DNA of 64,000 nucleotides from an uncultured Eubacterium sp. (GTDB lineage: Bacteria; Bacillota; Clostridia; Lachnospirales; Lachnospiraceae): positions 921-64,920 of the forward strand of contig CAJUDA010000018.1 in the NCBI GenBank assembly GCA_910584875.1, written 5' to 3'. Shown here one piece after another: positions 45,977 through 54,792 of the stretch. The notes under the pieces are model-generated. The model did no database searches. It was not told the origin of the DNA and saw nothing but the letters and a program-made list of their open reading frames with translations. Numbering within the stretch: the stretch's first letter is position 1; each line of letters opens with the position of its first letter. Made by a program: the position numbers and the translations under genes.

Positions 45977-46753
45977 ATGGCTCAGTACAAAGTTGAAATA
46001 TGCGGAATCAATACAAGCAAACTGCCACTACTCTCCAATGATGAAAAAGATGAATTATTCAAAAAAATACAACAGGGTGACAAAAAAGCCAGAGAAACTT
46101 ATATCAAAGGGAATCTCCGTCTGGTTCTGAGCATCATACAGCGTTTCAATAACAGCAATGAAAATATCGACGATCTCTTCCAGATCGGCTGCATCGGTCT
46201 CATCAAAGCCATTGACAACTTCGACGTAACCCAGGAAGTAAAATTTTCCACTTACGCCGTACCTATGATCATAGGAGAAGTGCGCCGGTATCTGCGTGAT
46301 AACAGCGCCATCCGCGTCAGCCGCTCTCTTCGTGACACAGCATACAAAGCGATCTATGCCAAGGAGGCGCTGATGAAAAACCAGGAAAAAGAACCTACTC
46401 TGGAGGAAATCTCAAAGGTCATCAATGTCCCGCCTGAGGATATTGCCTTTGCGCTGGATGCCATCCAGAGTCCGGTATCCCTGTACGAACCAGTCTACTC
46501 CGAGGGCGGGGATACTCTTTATATCATGGATCAGATCAGTGACAAAAAGAATAAGGAGACAAACTGGGTAGAACACCTGTCTCTGAAAGATGCCATGGAA
46601 ACGCTGCCAGAGCGCGAAAACCATATTATCAACCTCCGCTATTTTCAGGGCAAAACCCAGATGGAGGTAGCAGAAGAGATCCACATCTCCCAGGCACAGG
46701 TATCCCGGCTGGAAAAAAATGCACTGAACACGATGAAAAACCATCTGGAATAA
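45977..46753 (+). CDS. sigG: Sporulation sigma factor SigG
   Basis: KVEICGINTSKLP, DDLFQIGCIGL, FSTYAVPMI, GKTQMEVA; ATG at 45977 with a GGAGG RBS. Confidence 0.97.
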   Translation: MAQYKVEICGINTSKLPLLSNDEKDELFKKIQQGDKKARETYIKGNLRLVLSIIQRFNNSNENIDDLFQIGCIGLIKAIDNFDVTQEVKFSTYAVPMIIGEVRRYLRDNSAIRVSRSLRDTAYKAIYAKEALMKNQEKEPTLEEISKVINVPPEDIAFALDAIQSPVSLYEPVYSEGGDTLYIMDQISDKKNKETNWVEHLSLKDAMETLPERENHIINLRYFQGKTQMEVAEEIHISQAQVSRLEKNALNTMKNHLE

Positions 46754-46790
46754 GTTTTACAAAATCAGACGGACGCCGTCAGGCTGACAG

Positions 46791-46828
46791 CAAAAACTGC
46801 CGTCCACCTTTGCAGACGGCAGTTTTTG
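46791..46828. terminator. Bidirectional terminator between convergent sigG and sigE
   Basis: Perfect 14-bp stem CAAAAACTGCCGTC-N10-GACGGCAGTTTTTG. Confidence 0.85.
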
Positions 46829-46849
46829 TCAATTACCTGTTTCTGTACC

Positions 46850-47596
46850 TCAACGTCCCTCCAGACGGAGGATCTCTTTTTTCAGACGTTTCATGATCTT
46901 TTTTTCCAGACGTGAGATATAACTCTGGGAAATACCGAGCTGGTCCGCCACCTCCTTTTGTGTCAGTTCTTTTCCCTGTATATCTCCCAGCCCGAAACGC
47001 AGGCAGATAATGGTACGCTCCCTCTCCGAGAGCGTCTCCAGTGCCTTCCGTAACAGTTTTCGGTCCACCTCCCTTTCAATGTCTTTATATATAATATCCT
47101 CACTGGTACCAAGGATATCGGAGAGCAGCAGCTCATTGCCATCCCAGTCCACATTCAGTGGTTCATCGATGGACACTTCCATCTTCGTCTTATTGTTGCG
47201 GCGCAGATACATAAGAATCTCATTCTCAATGCACCGGGAAGCATACGTGGCAAGCTTGATATTTTTCGCAGGATTAAACGTATTGATCGCCTTCATCAGC
47301 CCGATCGTCCCAATGGAGATCAGATCCTCCACCCCCACACCGGTATTGTCAAACTTCTTTGCTATGTACACCACCAGACGGAGATTGTGTTCCACCAGTG
47401 TATTGCGTGCCGCATCGTTATCCTCATCCACCAGACATTCAATACAGGCCGCCTCTTCTTCCGAATCAAGCGGTGCCGGCAGGATCTCTGCCCCCCCAAT
47501 ATAGTGAATGTCCCCGCCGGAATGAAAGAAAATATTTCTCCAGTCCGGCATCATGCGAAACTGAAACCGATTAGGCATTGAAATCCGTAGTAACAT
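46850..47596 (-). CDS. sigE: Sporulation sigma factor pro-SigE
   Basis: Pro-sequence then [39 protein letters not shown]. Confidence 0.97.
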   Translation of the reverse strand: MLLRISMPNRFQFRMMPDWRNIFFHSGGDIHYIGGAEILPAPLDSEEEAACIECLVDEDNDAARNTLVEHNLRLVVYIAKKFDNTGVGVEDLISIGTIGLMKAINTFNPAKNIKLATYASRCIENEILMYLRRNNKTKMEVSIDEPLNVDWDGNELLLSDILGTSEDIIYKDIEREVDRKLLRKALETLSERERTIICLRFGLGDIQGKELTQKEVADQLGISQSYISRLEKKIMKRLKKEILRLEGR

Positions 47597-47624
47597 ATTC
47601 GTTTTCCTCCTGACTCAATAAATA

Positions 47625-48428
47625 CTAGTGCAATATCTGCTGTGCCAGCTCCGGATGAAGGATCATTTCATATTCTCCATCTGCCGACACGGGATTCTCA
47701 TAAAGCGCAACCCAGGGTCTCTCTCTCTTTTTCCAGATCCTGCCATCACTCTGCAGTTCCAGGTATTCTGCCTGAAACGCCCGGAGCGTCCCGTGCTCCG
47801 TCCCGATGGCATGATAGGGTATACAGCGAAAAACCGGTGCTTCCTTTTCAAAAAGAGGGTTTACAAAATCAAGGTCACCAATCACCACTGGTTCCCCGCT
47901 GAACGGTTCAGACAGCTGATTCCCAGTATCCAGCAGCCCTCTCCCCTGTACATTCCGCCCCCCATACCAGAGGCGGACCGGTATGTATGACCCATTTCTC
48001 TCGATCTGTTTATTCACAGAGGGAAGGATACGGTACAAAAGGTATAATGCCCCTCCCGTCCCGGCAGGGATAAGGACCATGCTCCCCTGGATACCCAGCA
48101 TCCCCTGCAGATACTGCAGGATTCCTGACAAAATAAATGAGGCAGCATAATACAGGACAAAATTCCCTGCAAAGGCACGTACTGTTGTCTTTCCAAAAGC
48201 CAGCCTCACCAGTATGGCGCTGACGGCAGCATAGATCAGGATAGAGAGGATGAGGCAGCGATGGATCCCGCTTATCAGAAACAGAACAGCAAAAAGCGCT
48301 CCCAGTGCAGATGCCCCAAGCAGGCGGGGCAGACGGATCCGTCTCCTCTGAAAAAAGCTTTCCATCATAAAAACAGCAAAATTCATCCCTGCATTCACAA
48401 GAAAAAACACATCCAGATAAATCTTCAT
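47625..48428 (-). CDS. spoIIGA: Pro-sigmaE processing aspartic protease
   Basis: IYLDVFFLVN, several TM segments, LLDTGN catalytic motif; upstream of sigE. Confidence 0.92.
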   Translation of the reverse strand: MKIYLDVFFLVNAGMNFAVFMMESFFQRRRIRLPRLLGASALGALFAVLFLISGIHRCLILSILIYAAVSAILVRLAFGKTTVRAFAGNFVLYYAASFILSGILQYLQGMLGIQGSMVLIPAGTGGALYLLYRILPSVNKQIERNGSYIPVRLWYGGRNVQGRGLLDTGNQLSEPFSGEPVVIGDLDFVNPLFEKEAPVFRCIPYHAIGTEHGTLRAFQAEYLELQSDGRIWKKRERPWVALYENPVSADGEYEMILHPELAQQILH

Positions 48429-48454
48429 TTTGTATCCCTTCTTTTTATGAATCC

Positions 48455-48530
48455 ATTATATAAAGGAAGCGGTGCAGTTTTTGTCAAAGATACAGCGCAA
48501 ACGGGCAATAGTTATCTTCGTTTTTCGACA
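48455..48530 (-). promoter_or_regulatory. Spo0A-dependent spoIIG promoter
   Basis: TTGACA-N21-TATAAT (over-long spacer as in Bacillus spoIIG/spoIIE); 0A-box-like TGTCAAA at 48482-48488 over the -35, and perfect TGTCGAA (minus) at 48524-48530. Confidence 0.7.
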
Positions 48531-48545
48531 GCAGCCATTCTTTTC

Positions 48546-48574
48546 TTGCATAATATCTGAAAATGTTTTACAAT
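48546..48574 (+). promoter_or_regulatory. sigmaA promoter of the cyclophilin gene
   Basis: TTGCAT-N17-TACAAT. Confidence 0.6.
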
Positions 48575-48617
48575 AAAGGACATAATTTGAAAAATCAGCA
48601 GAAAGGAAACTCGAAAA

Positions 48618-49145
48618 ATGGCAAATGAAAATCCAATTGTGACGATTGAGATGGACCGCGGCGACAGGATCCAGATCGAACTGTATCCGGAAACCGCCCC
48701 CAACACTGTAAATAATTTTATCTCTCTGGTAAACAAAGGCTTTTATGACGGTCTGACCTTCCACCGCATCATTGAAGGTTTCATGATCCAGGGCGGGGAC
48801 CCGGACGGAAATGGTACCGGAGGTCCCGGCTACTGTATACCGGGAGAATTCTCTGCCAATGGCTTCCCGAATTCCCTGAAACACAGCGCCGGCGTACTTT
48901 CCATGGCACGTGCCCAGGATCCAGACTCCGCCGGCTCCCAGTTTTTTATTATGCATAAGGATTCACCGCATCTCGACGGTTCCTATGCGGCATTCGGAAA
49001 GGTTACAGAGGGGATGGATATCGTAGATAAGATCGCCGCCTGTGGCACGGACTGGAACGACGCCCCGCTGGCACCTGTCGTGATGAAAAAAGTAAGCGTA
49101 GAAACATTTGAAAAAGAATATCCAGAACCACAAAAAGCGCCGTGA
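48618..49145 (+). CDS. ppiB: Cyclophilin-type peptidyl-prolyl isomerase
   Basis: APNTVNNF, FHRIIEGFMIQGGDP, SMAR, GSQFFI, HLDG.YAAFG. Confidence 0.95.
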   Translation: MANENPIVTIEMDRGDRIQIELYPETAPNTVNNFISLVNKGFYDGLTFHRIIEGFMIQGGDPDGNGTGGPGYCIPGEFSANGFPNSLKHSAGVLSMARAQDPDSAGSQFFIMHKDSPHLDGSYAAFGKVTEGMDIVDKIAACGTDWNDAPLAPVVMKKVSVETFEKEYPEPQKAP

Positions 49146-49159
49146 TCCGGCGCTTTTTT
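49132..49159. terminator. Bidirectional terminator between ppiB and miaB
   Basis: AAAAAGCGCC-N7-GGCGCTTTTTT. Confidence 0.85.
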
Positions 49160-49163
49160 AATC

Positions 49164-50612
49164 TTATTTCTGTATCTCCCCCATATAATAAAATCCCCGG
49201 CTCTCCGTCAGCTTCACTGGCAGAATCTTACCGATCTGCGATACATCCGCCCTGCAGTGGACAACTGCATTATTGGAAAGCCTCCCGGTGATCAGCGATC
49301 CGTCCTGCTCATTTACCTCTTCCATCAGCACCGGCACGGTCTGCCCCACCCTGCTGTCCGTGATCTCTGCCGAGATGCCCTGGATCTCCCCAAGCAGACG
49401 GGAGAAGCGTTCCTTCACCACGTCCTCCGGCACCTGGTCTTCCATCGCTGCTGCCGGGGTTCCACTTCGCTTCGAATAGATAAATGTATAGGCACTGTCA
49501 TAGCGGACCTGGCGCACAACATCCAGTGTCTCCAGAAAATCTTCTTCCGTCTCCCCCGGAAATCCCACAATGATATCTGTCGTCAGGGAGATCTCCGGAA
49601 GCCTCCGGCGGATTCGGGATACCAGTTCAAGATACCCCTCCTTTGTATATCTCCGGTTCATTTTCTCCAGTACCTCTGTGCTGCCCGACTGCAGGGGAAG
49701 GTGCAGATGGCTGCATACTTTATCACACTCTGCCATCGCTTCTATGAGCTCGTCTGACAGATCCTTTGGATGGGATGTCATAAATCGGATCCGCTGCAAT
49801 CCCGGGATTTCATTGACCCGGCGGAGAAGTTCAGCAAAAGAAACCGGATCATCCAGCGTCTTTCCATAAGAATTCACATTTTGCCCAAGCAGCATGACCT
49901 CCACCACACCGTCTTCCACAAGACTGCGGATTTCCCGGATGATCTCCTCCGGCTCACGGCTCCTCTCCCGCCCCCGCACATACGGGACGATGCAGTAGCT
50001 GCAAAAATTATTGCAGCCAAACATGATATTGACCCCGGTCTTAAAAGGATATTTTCGTCTGCCCGGCAGATCCTCCACAATTTCCTCCGGCTCATCCCAA
50101 ACGTCTACCACCCGGCGCTCCGACCGGATCTGCCGGTAGAGAAGCTCTGCCAGCTTATAAATATTATGGGTGCCAAAAACAAGATCCACAAAGGGATAAC
50201 TTTTCTTTATCTTCTCTACCTCATCTTTTTCCTGCATCATGCATCCGCACAGGGCGATCTTCATATGCGGATTTTTCTTTTTGTGATTTTTGAGATAGCC
50301 GAGACGTCCATATATTTTAAGGTTGGCATTTTCCCTGACGGTACAGGTATTATAGAGAACGAAATCTGCCACCGGTCCTTCTGTCTCCTCATATCCCATA
50401 TAAGCAAGGACTGCTGTCATCTTTTCCGAGTCCTTTGCATTCATCTGACAGCCCAGTGTCTGGATCGACATGGTAAGGATGCGTCCCGCCCGCTCCTTCT
50501 CCCGCACTGCCCATTCCCGGCACTTTTTCATATAATAATACTGCCTCTCCGGCTCATGCAGAGGCGGTTCTCCCTGTATATCCACAGCCTCCAGTCGTTG
50601 CATATCAAACAT
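49164..50612 (-). CDS. miaB: tRNA i6A37 methylthiotransferase MiaB
   Basis: GCQMN, NTCTVRENA, GCNNFCSYCIVP, FMTSHPKD, TRAM domain. Confidence 0.96.
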   Translation of the reverse strand: MFDMQRLEAVDIQGEPPLHEPERQYYYMKKCREWAVREKERAGRILTMSIQTLGCQMNAKDSEKMTAVLAYMGYEETEGPVADFVLYNTCTVRENANLKIYGRLGYLKNHKKKNPHMKIALCGCMMQEKDEVEKIKKSYPFVDLVFGTHNIYKLAELLYRQIRSERRVVDVWDEPEEIVEDLPGRRKYPFKTGVNIMFGCNNFCSYCIVPYVRGRERSREPEEIIREIRSLVEDGVVEVMLLGQNVNSYGKTLDDPVSFAELLRRVNEIPGLQRIRFMTSHPKDLSDELIEAMAECDKVCSHLHLPLQSGSTEVLEKMNRRYTKEGYLELVSRIRRRLPEISLTTDIIVGFPGETEEDFLETLDVVRQVRYDSAYTFIYSKRSGTPAAAMEDQVPEDVVKERFSRLLGEIQGISAEITDSRVGQTVPVLMEEVNEQDGSLITGRLSNNAVVHCRADVSQIGKILPVKLTESRGFYYMGEIQK

Positions 50613-50637
50613 TTTTTCTTATCCTCCTAAACATCAG

Positions 50638-50675
50638 AAAACCCGCCATCCGTGACAGGCACGGATCCGGCAGGT
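50638..50675 (-). terminator. Terminator-like hairpin between htrA and miaB
   Basis: Bulged ~14-bp stem followed by a short T run on the minus strand. Confidence 0.5.
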
Positions 50676-50726
50676 CTGCTGATAGATGTTTATACAATAT
50701 AGTGTAACACAAAGGTGGAAAAAATG

Positions 50727-51899
50727 CTACCGGGAAGTGGATTCTTTTTTCCCAAAGGTGACTGTTATTTCTTTTTCCCTGTACTCACCCCCGTCATTGA
50801 TCTGAACCGTGATCGTCCCTTTGTCGCCAGCCCTGCACTGGGTCAGTTTTTCCTGCAGCTGTGCTGTGGTCTTCACCGCATCATCGTTGATCTTTGTAAT
50901 GATACAGCCTCTTTTCAGTCCTGCCTTTTCTGCCGGCGACCCGGACGATACCTCTGCAATATAGATTCCTTCCGGCATGCCATAATCCGCATACTCACTC
51001 GTTACATCTCTTCCTCTGATCCCCAGGTAAGCCTGGTCTTCCTCGGATACCTTCTCCTGGTTCATCAGCTTTGTCAGGATCGGTTCTGCCGTCTTCATTG
51101 GGATGGCAAAACCCATTCCCTCGATCTCCTCGGAAGCAAATTTGGACGAATTGATCCCGATCACTTCACCTTTGCTGTTTACCAGGGCACCGCCGCTGTT
51201 GCCTGGATTGATGGCGGCATCCGTCTGGAGAAGCTTGATACTGCTGCTGTCTTCCATATCGATCTCCCTGTCTTTGGCGCTGATATAACCAACCGTCACA
51301 CTGGTCCCATACCCCAGGGCATTGCCGATAGCGATCGCCTGTTCGCCCACCTTCGTGGTACTACTGTCACCGATTGTGGCAATCTTGATCGCCGCCTGTG
51401 TCTTTGCTGACAAATTCTTTTTGCTGACTTCCACTACCGCAAGGTCATGGGAAGAATCCGTTCCCCGGATCGCCGCCTTGGCTGTACTGTCATCCGCAAA
51501 CCGGATCGTCACATCATCCGCATCCTGCACTACGTGATTGTTTGTGGCGATATAGAGCTTGTCATCCTTCTCTGCAATGATAATGCCGGAACCGCTGCCG
51601 CTCGTCTCACCGCTCTGTCTCCCGAAAGGCGTATAGCCCGTCATCTGCTGAGTCACATCGATCGCTACGATGGAAGGCAGCACCTGGTCTGCGATCTTGG
51701 TTACATCTGTTGTTCCCGAGTCCCCTGTATTGACAACATTTGTTGTCGACAGCTTTGCCGATGAATCTGTCTGTTCCTGTACCACCTGCCCGCCTGCACC
51801 GAACAAATGGTCTGCCGCCATGTTCACCCCCTGAAATGTCGTTCCCGCTACTATACCAAAGACTGCAGCTCCTGCTGCCAGTTTCATCATCCTTTTCAT
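50727..51899 (-). CDS. htrA: HtrA/DegP-family serine protease with a PDZ domain
   Basis: TNNHVV, DLAVV, QTDAAINPGNSGGAL, SPAEKAGL. Confidence 0.95.
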   Translation of the reverse strand: MKRMMKLAAGAAVFGIVAGTTFQGVNMAADHLFGAGGQVVQEQTDSSAKLSTTNVVNTGDSGTTDVTKIADQVLPSIVAIDVTQQMTGYTPFGRQSGETSGSGSGIIIAEKDDKLYIATNNHVVQDADDVTIRFADDSTAKAAIRGTDSSHDLAVVEVSKKNLSAKTQAAIKIATIGDSSTTKVGEQAIAIGNALGYGTSVTVGYISAKDREIDMEDSSSIKLLQTDAAINPGNSGGALVNSKGEVIGINSSKFASEEIEGMGFAIPMKTAEPILTKLMNQEKVSEEDQAYLGIRGRDVTSEYADYGMPEGIYIAEVSSGSPAEKAGLKRGCIITKINDDAVKTTAQLQEKLTQCRAGDKGTITVQINDGGEYREKEITVTFGKKESTSR

Positions 51900-51933
51900 A
51901 AAAAACACACATCCTTTCTGTTGATTTGTCTCA

Positions 51934-52008
51934 ATCATACAGAAAAAATGTGTGCGTAATCTGTTATTTTTTTGAATGGTCTGTGATTAATTTATGGTCA
52001 ATCTGTGA
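51934..52008 (-). promoter_or_regulatory. htrA promoter with ~11-bp-periodic repeats (OmpR/CssR-type sites)
   Basis: -10 TATGAT at 51934-51939; TCTGTGA-like half sites at 51949, 51960, 51980, 51991 and 52002. Confidence 0.5.
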
Positions 52009-52011
52009 ACA

Positions 52012-53145
52012 CTATGCCTTAAAATTTCCCAGCACCCGCAAAAATGCCGCTTCCTCCCGGATTCCGCGCAATGCATTCCGGACTGCCGCATCATCCAGAT
52101 TTCCCTCCACATCCACAAAGAACCGGTACTCCCAGTTTCTCCCCGGGATTGGACGGGATTCGATCTGCGTCATATTCAGGTCATTATATAGGAAGTGGGA
52201 CAAAATCCGGTACAGGCTTCCGCTTTTATGAGGAAGCTCGATACAAAGCGCCAGCTTATTACTGTCCGGCGTATAGATTTTCTTCGACCCGATCACGATA
52301 AACCGTGTACAGTTGTTTTTTTCCTGCTGGATGCTGTCAGCGAGAACCGCCAATCCATACTCCTTTGCCGCACGGCGGCTGGCGATCGCCGCCTGCGCCG
52401 GATCCCCTTCCGCAGCAACTTTCCTGGCGGCGGCAGCGGTACTATCATATTCAATCCCTGTATACTGCGGATGGTCATTCAGATAAATGCTGCACTGTGC
52501 CAGCCCCTGTGGATGGGAATACACCTTGCGGATCTCCTCCAGGGAAGTCCCCGGCAGCCCCACCAGGCACTGGTCGATCTTCATGACATACTGTCCCACG
52601 ATGGCATTCTTAAAATCCAGGAGCAGATCATAATTCGCCGTGATCCCTCCTGTAGAAGAATTTTCGATGGGCAGGACGCCGTATTCTGCCGCCTCTGTCT
52701 GCACCGCCTCCATCACCCCCCGGAAGCTCTGGCAGCTGATCCCCTGTACTGACGGTACAAAGAAATCCTCCATCGCCTGCTGGGTATGGGAGCCCGGAGC
52801 ACCAAAATAGTATACTCTTGTGCCGGAATCCGCATCAATACCATCCGCCTTTACAAAATTCGTACTGTCCTCCGTATGCGGCAGTATTCCATACTGGTAC
52901 TTCCTGCTGATAGACATGATCTGGCTGAACAATTCCCTCACGGCATGTTCATTGAATTTTCCATGGGACAGTGCCGACAGTTTTTCCAGCTTTTCCTCTT
53001 CTCTCTGTCTGTCATATACCTTCTTTCCCGTCTGCAGCTTATATTCCGCGACTTTGTTCGCCACCTGCATTCTTTTTTCAAATAACGCTACGATCTGGCT
53101 GTCAATGTCATCGATCTGCTGCCTTGATACCGACAAATCAATCAT
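52012..53145 (-). CDS. pheA: Bifunctional chorismate mutase / prephenate dehydratase
   Basis: RQQIDDID, LPIENSSTG, SHPQGLAQC, TRF, IESRP. Confidence 0.95.
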   Translation of the reverse strand: MIDLSVSRQQIDDIDSQIVALFEKRMQVANKVAEYKLQTGKKVYDRQREEEKLEKLSALSHGKFNEHAVRELFSQIMSISRKYQYGILPHTEDSTNFVKADGIDADSGTRVYYFGAPGSHTQQAMEDFFVPSVQGISCQSFRGVMEAVQTEAAEYGVLPIENSSTGGITANYDLLLDFKNAIVGQYVMKIDQCLVGLPGTSLEEIRKVYSHPQGLAQCSIYLNDHPQYTGIEYDSTAAAARKVAAEGDPAQAAIASRRAAKEYGLAVLADSIQQEKNNCTRFIVIGSKKIYTPDSNKLALCIELPHKSGSLYRILSHFLYNDLNMTQIESRPIPGRNWEYRFFVDVEGNLDDAAVRNALRGIREEAAFLRVLGNFKA

Positions 53146-53966
53146 GAATCCTGTCCCCCTTTTTCCTGATAAAGCTCATATATTGTTTTATGAAATACCG
53201 GATGTACTGCCCAGGGTGCGATCTGTACCAGCGGTCTGAGGACAAAATCCCGCAGATGCATCTCTCTGTGGGGGATCACCAGCTTCTCCGTCTGGATCAG
53301 GGCATCCCCATACAGGAGAATATCCAGGTCGATCGTCCGTGGTCCCCAGTGAATTTCCCTCTCCCGGTGCCCCTGCTCCTCGATCTGGTGAAGCCTCATC
53401 AGAAGTTCCTCCGGCTGGTATATCGTCTCCAGCGCGACGGCACTGTTCAGAAAATCATCCTGTTCTGTATACCCATATGGTTTTGTCTGGATCCGTGTCG
53501 ATTCTGTTACCTTACGGATCCGCCTGTCCTCCCGCAGCGCCTGCACTGCCTTTTCTATATTTTCTTCTTTATCCCCCATATTGGATCCGACAGACAGATA
53601 CACCCTTGTCCACCCCCTCTGTATCTTTACGGATACATGATCCAGAGGCAGCAGGATCGGCGCCCATGGTTTCCTGATCTCGACAGAAATCATATCAATC
53701 AGGGGAAATTGTAGAAGTATCTGCTCTGCGAGATTCTCTGCAGCCGACTCGATCAGCTTATATTCCTTTTCTTTCATCTGCCTTTCTGCAAAATGAGCCA
53801 CATCCGCATAATCAACCGAAAAAGAAAGGTTGTCACTCCTGCCCGCTTTTGCTGTATCTGTAAATAGTATGAGTGATACAAGAAACTTCTGCCCCAGTGT
53901 ATTTTCTTCTTTCAATACCCCGTGATGGGCATATACTTCCAGATTTTCAATCCTGATCTGATCCAC
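53142..53966 (-). CDS. folK: Bifunctional dihydroneopterin aldolase / HPPK (FolB-FolK fusion)
   Basis: HGVLKEE..GQKF, LIES, KPWAP; then SVGSNMG, WGPRTIDLDIL, IPH; GTG start with a GGAGG RBS. Confidence 0.95.
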   Translation of the reverse strand: MDQIRIENLEVYAHHGVLKEENTLGQKFLVSLILFTDTAKAGRSDNLSFSVDYADVAHFAERQMKEKEYKLIESAAENLAEQILLQFPLIDMISVEIRKPWAPILLPLDHVSVKIQRGWTRVYLSVGSNMGDKEENIEKAVQALREDRRIRKVTESTRIQTKPYGYTEQDDFLNSAVALETIYQPEELLMRLHQIEEQGHREREIHWGPRTIDLDILLYGDALIQTEKLVIPHREMHLRDFVLRPLVQIAPWAVHPVFHKTIYELYQEKGGQDS

Positions 53967-54780
53967 TGACCTGTCCTCCCCGTAGTACCGCATCTGTCAT
54001 CCGCAGCGCCCGTACATTTTTTTCCACATCATGAACCCGGACAAATCCGCACCCTTTCATGGCGCCTATCACACTGGTGGCGATCGTCCCCTCTTCGCGC
54101 TCTGTTACAGGAAGATCCAGCGTATTTCCGATCACACTCTTACGGGAAGTTCCCAGCAGCACAGGATATCCCAGCGCCACAATGTCTTCCAGATGATGCA
54201 GTACCGCCAGGTTCTGCTCATACGTCTTGCCAAATCCCACTCCCGGATCCAGTATGATCATTTCTTCCTTTATTCCATGTTTCTCCGCAATGGCAAGAGA
54301 TTCTTTCAGATCCTCCACAACTTCTTTCATAAAATCCGTATACTCCGTATTGTCACGGTTATGCATCAGGCACACCGGCACCTGATACTCTGCCGCCAGC
54401 GCCGCCATTCTCTCATCCGCGCGAAACCCCCATATATCATTAAGAAGATCCGCCCCGGCATCCAGGGCCGCTTCCGCCACATCACTTTTATACGTATCGA
54501 TCGATACCGGCACGTCAAACCGCCGTTTCAGCTCCCGGATCACCGGTACGACACGCCGGATCTCTTCTTCCTCACTGATCCTGGTATGTCCCGGTCTCGT
54601 CGACTCGCCGCCCACATCGATGAGATCTGCCCCGGCAGCGATCATCCGGTCTGCCTGTGCCACCGCCAGCATCATATCTGTATAATTTCCTCCGTCCGAA
54701 AAAGAATCTGGTGTCACATTCAGTATCCCCATCACATACGTACGTCTCCCCCTGGTAAACTCTTTTGTTCCGATCCTCAT
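53947..54780 (-). CDS. folP: Dihydropteroate synthase
   Basis: MGILNVTPDSFSDGG, GGESTRPG, DPGVGFGK, SRKS, RVHDV. Confidence 0.97.
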   Translation of the reverse strand: MRIGTKEFTRGRRTYVMGILNVTPDSFSDGGNYTDMMLAVAQADRMIAAGADLIDVGGESTRPGHTRISEEEEIRRVVPVIRELKRRFDVPVSIDTYKSDVAEAALDAGADLLNDIWGFRADERMAALAAEYQVPVCLMHNRDNTEYTDFMKEVVEDLKESLAIAEKHGIKEEMIILDPGVGFGKTYEQNLAVLHHLEDIVALGYPVLLGTSRKSVIGNTLDLPVTEREEGTIATSVIGAMKGCGFVRVHDVEKNVRALRMTDAVLRGGQVSGSDQD

Positions 54781-54792
54781 AATCTGCTCCTA

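Noticed and set aside
48456..48956. 166-aa minus ORF overlapping the cyclophilin gene
   Set aside because: Antisense to the clearly recognisable ppiB and runs through promoter DNA
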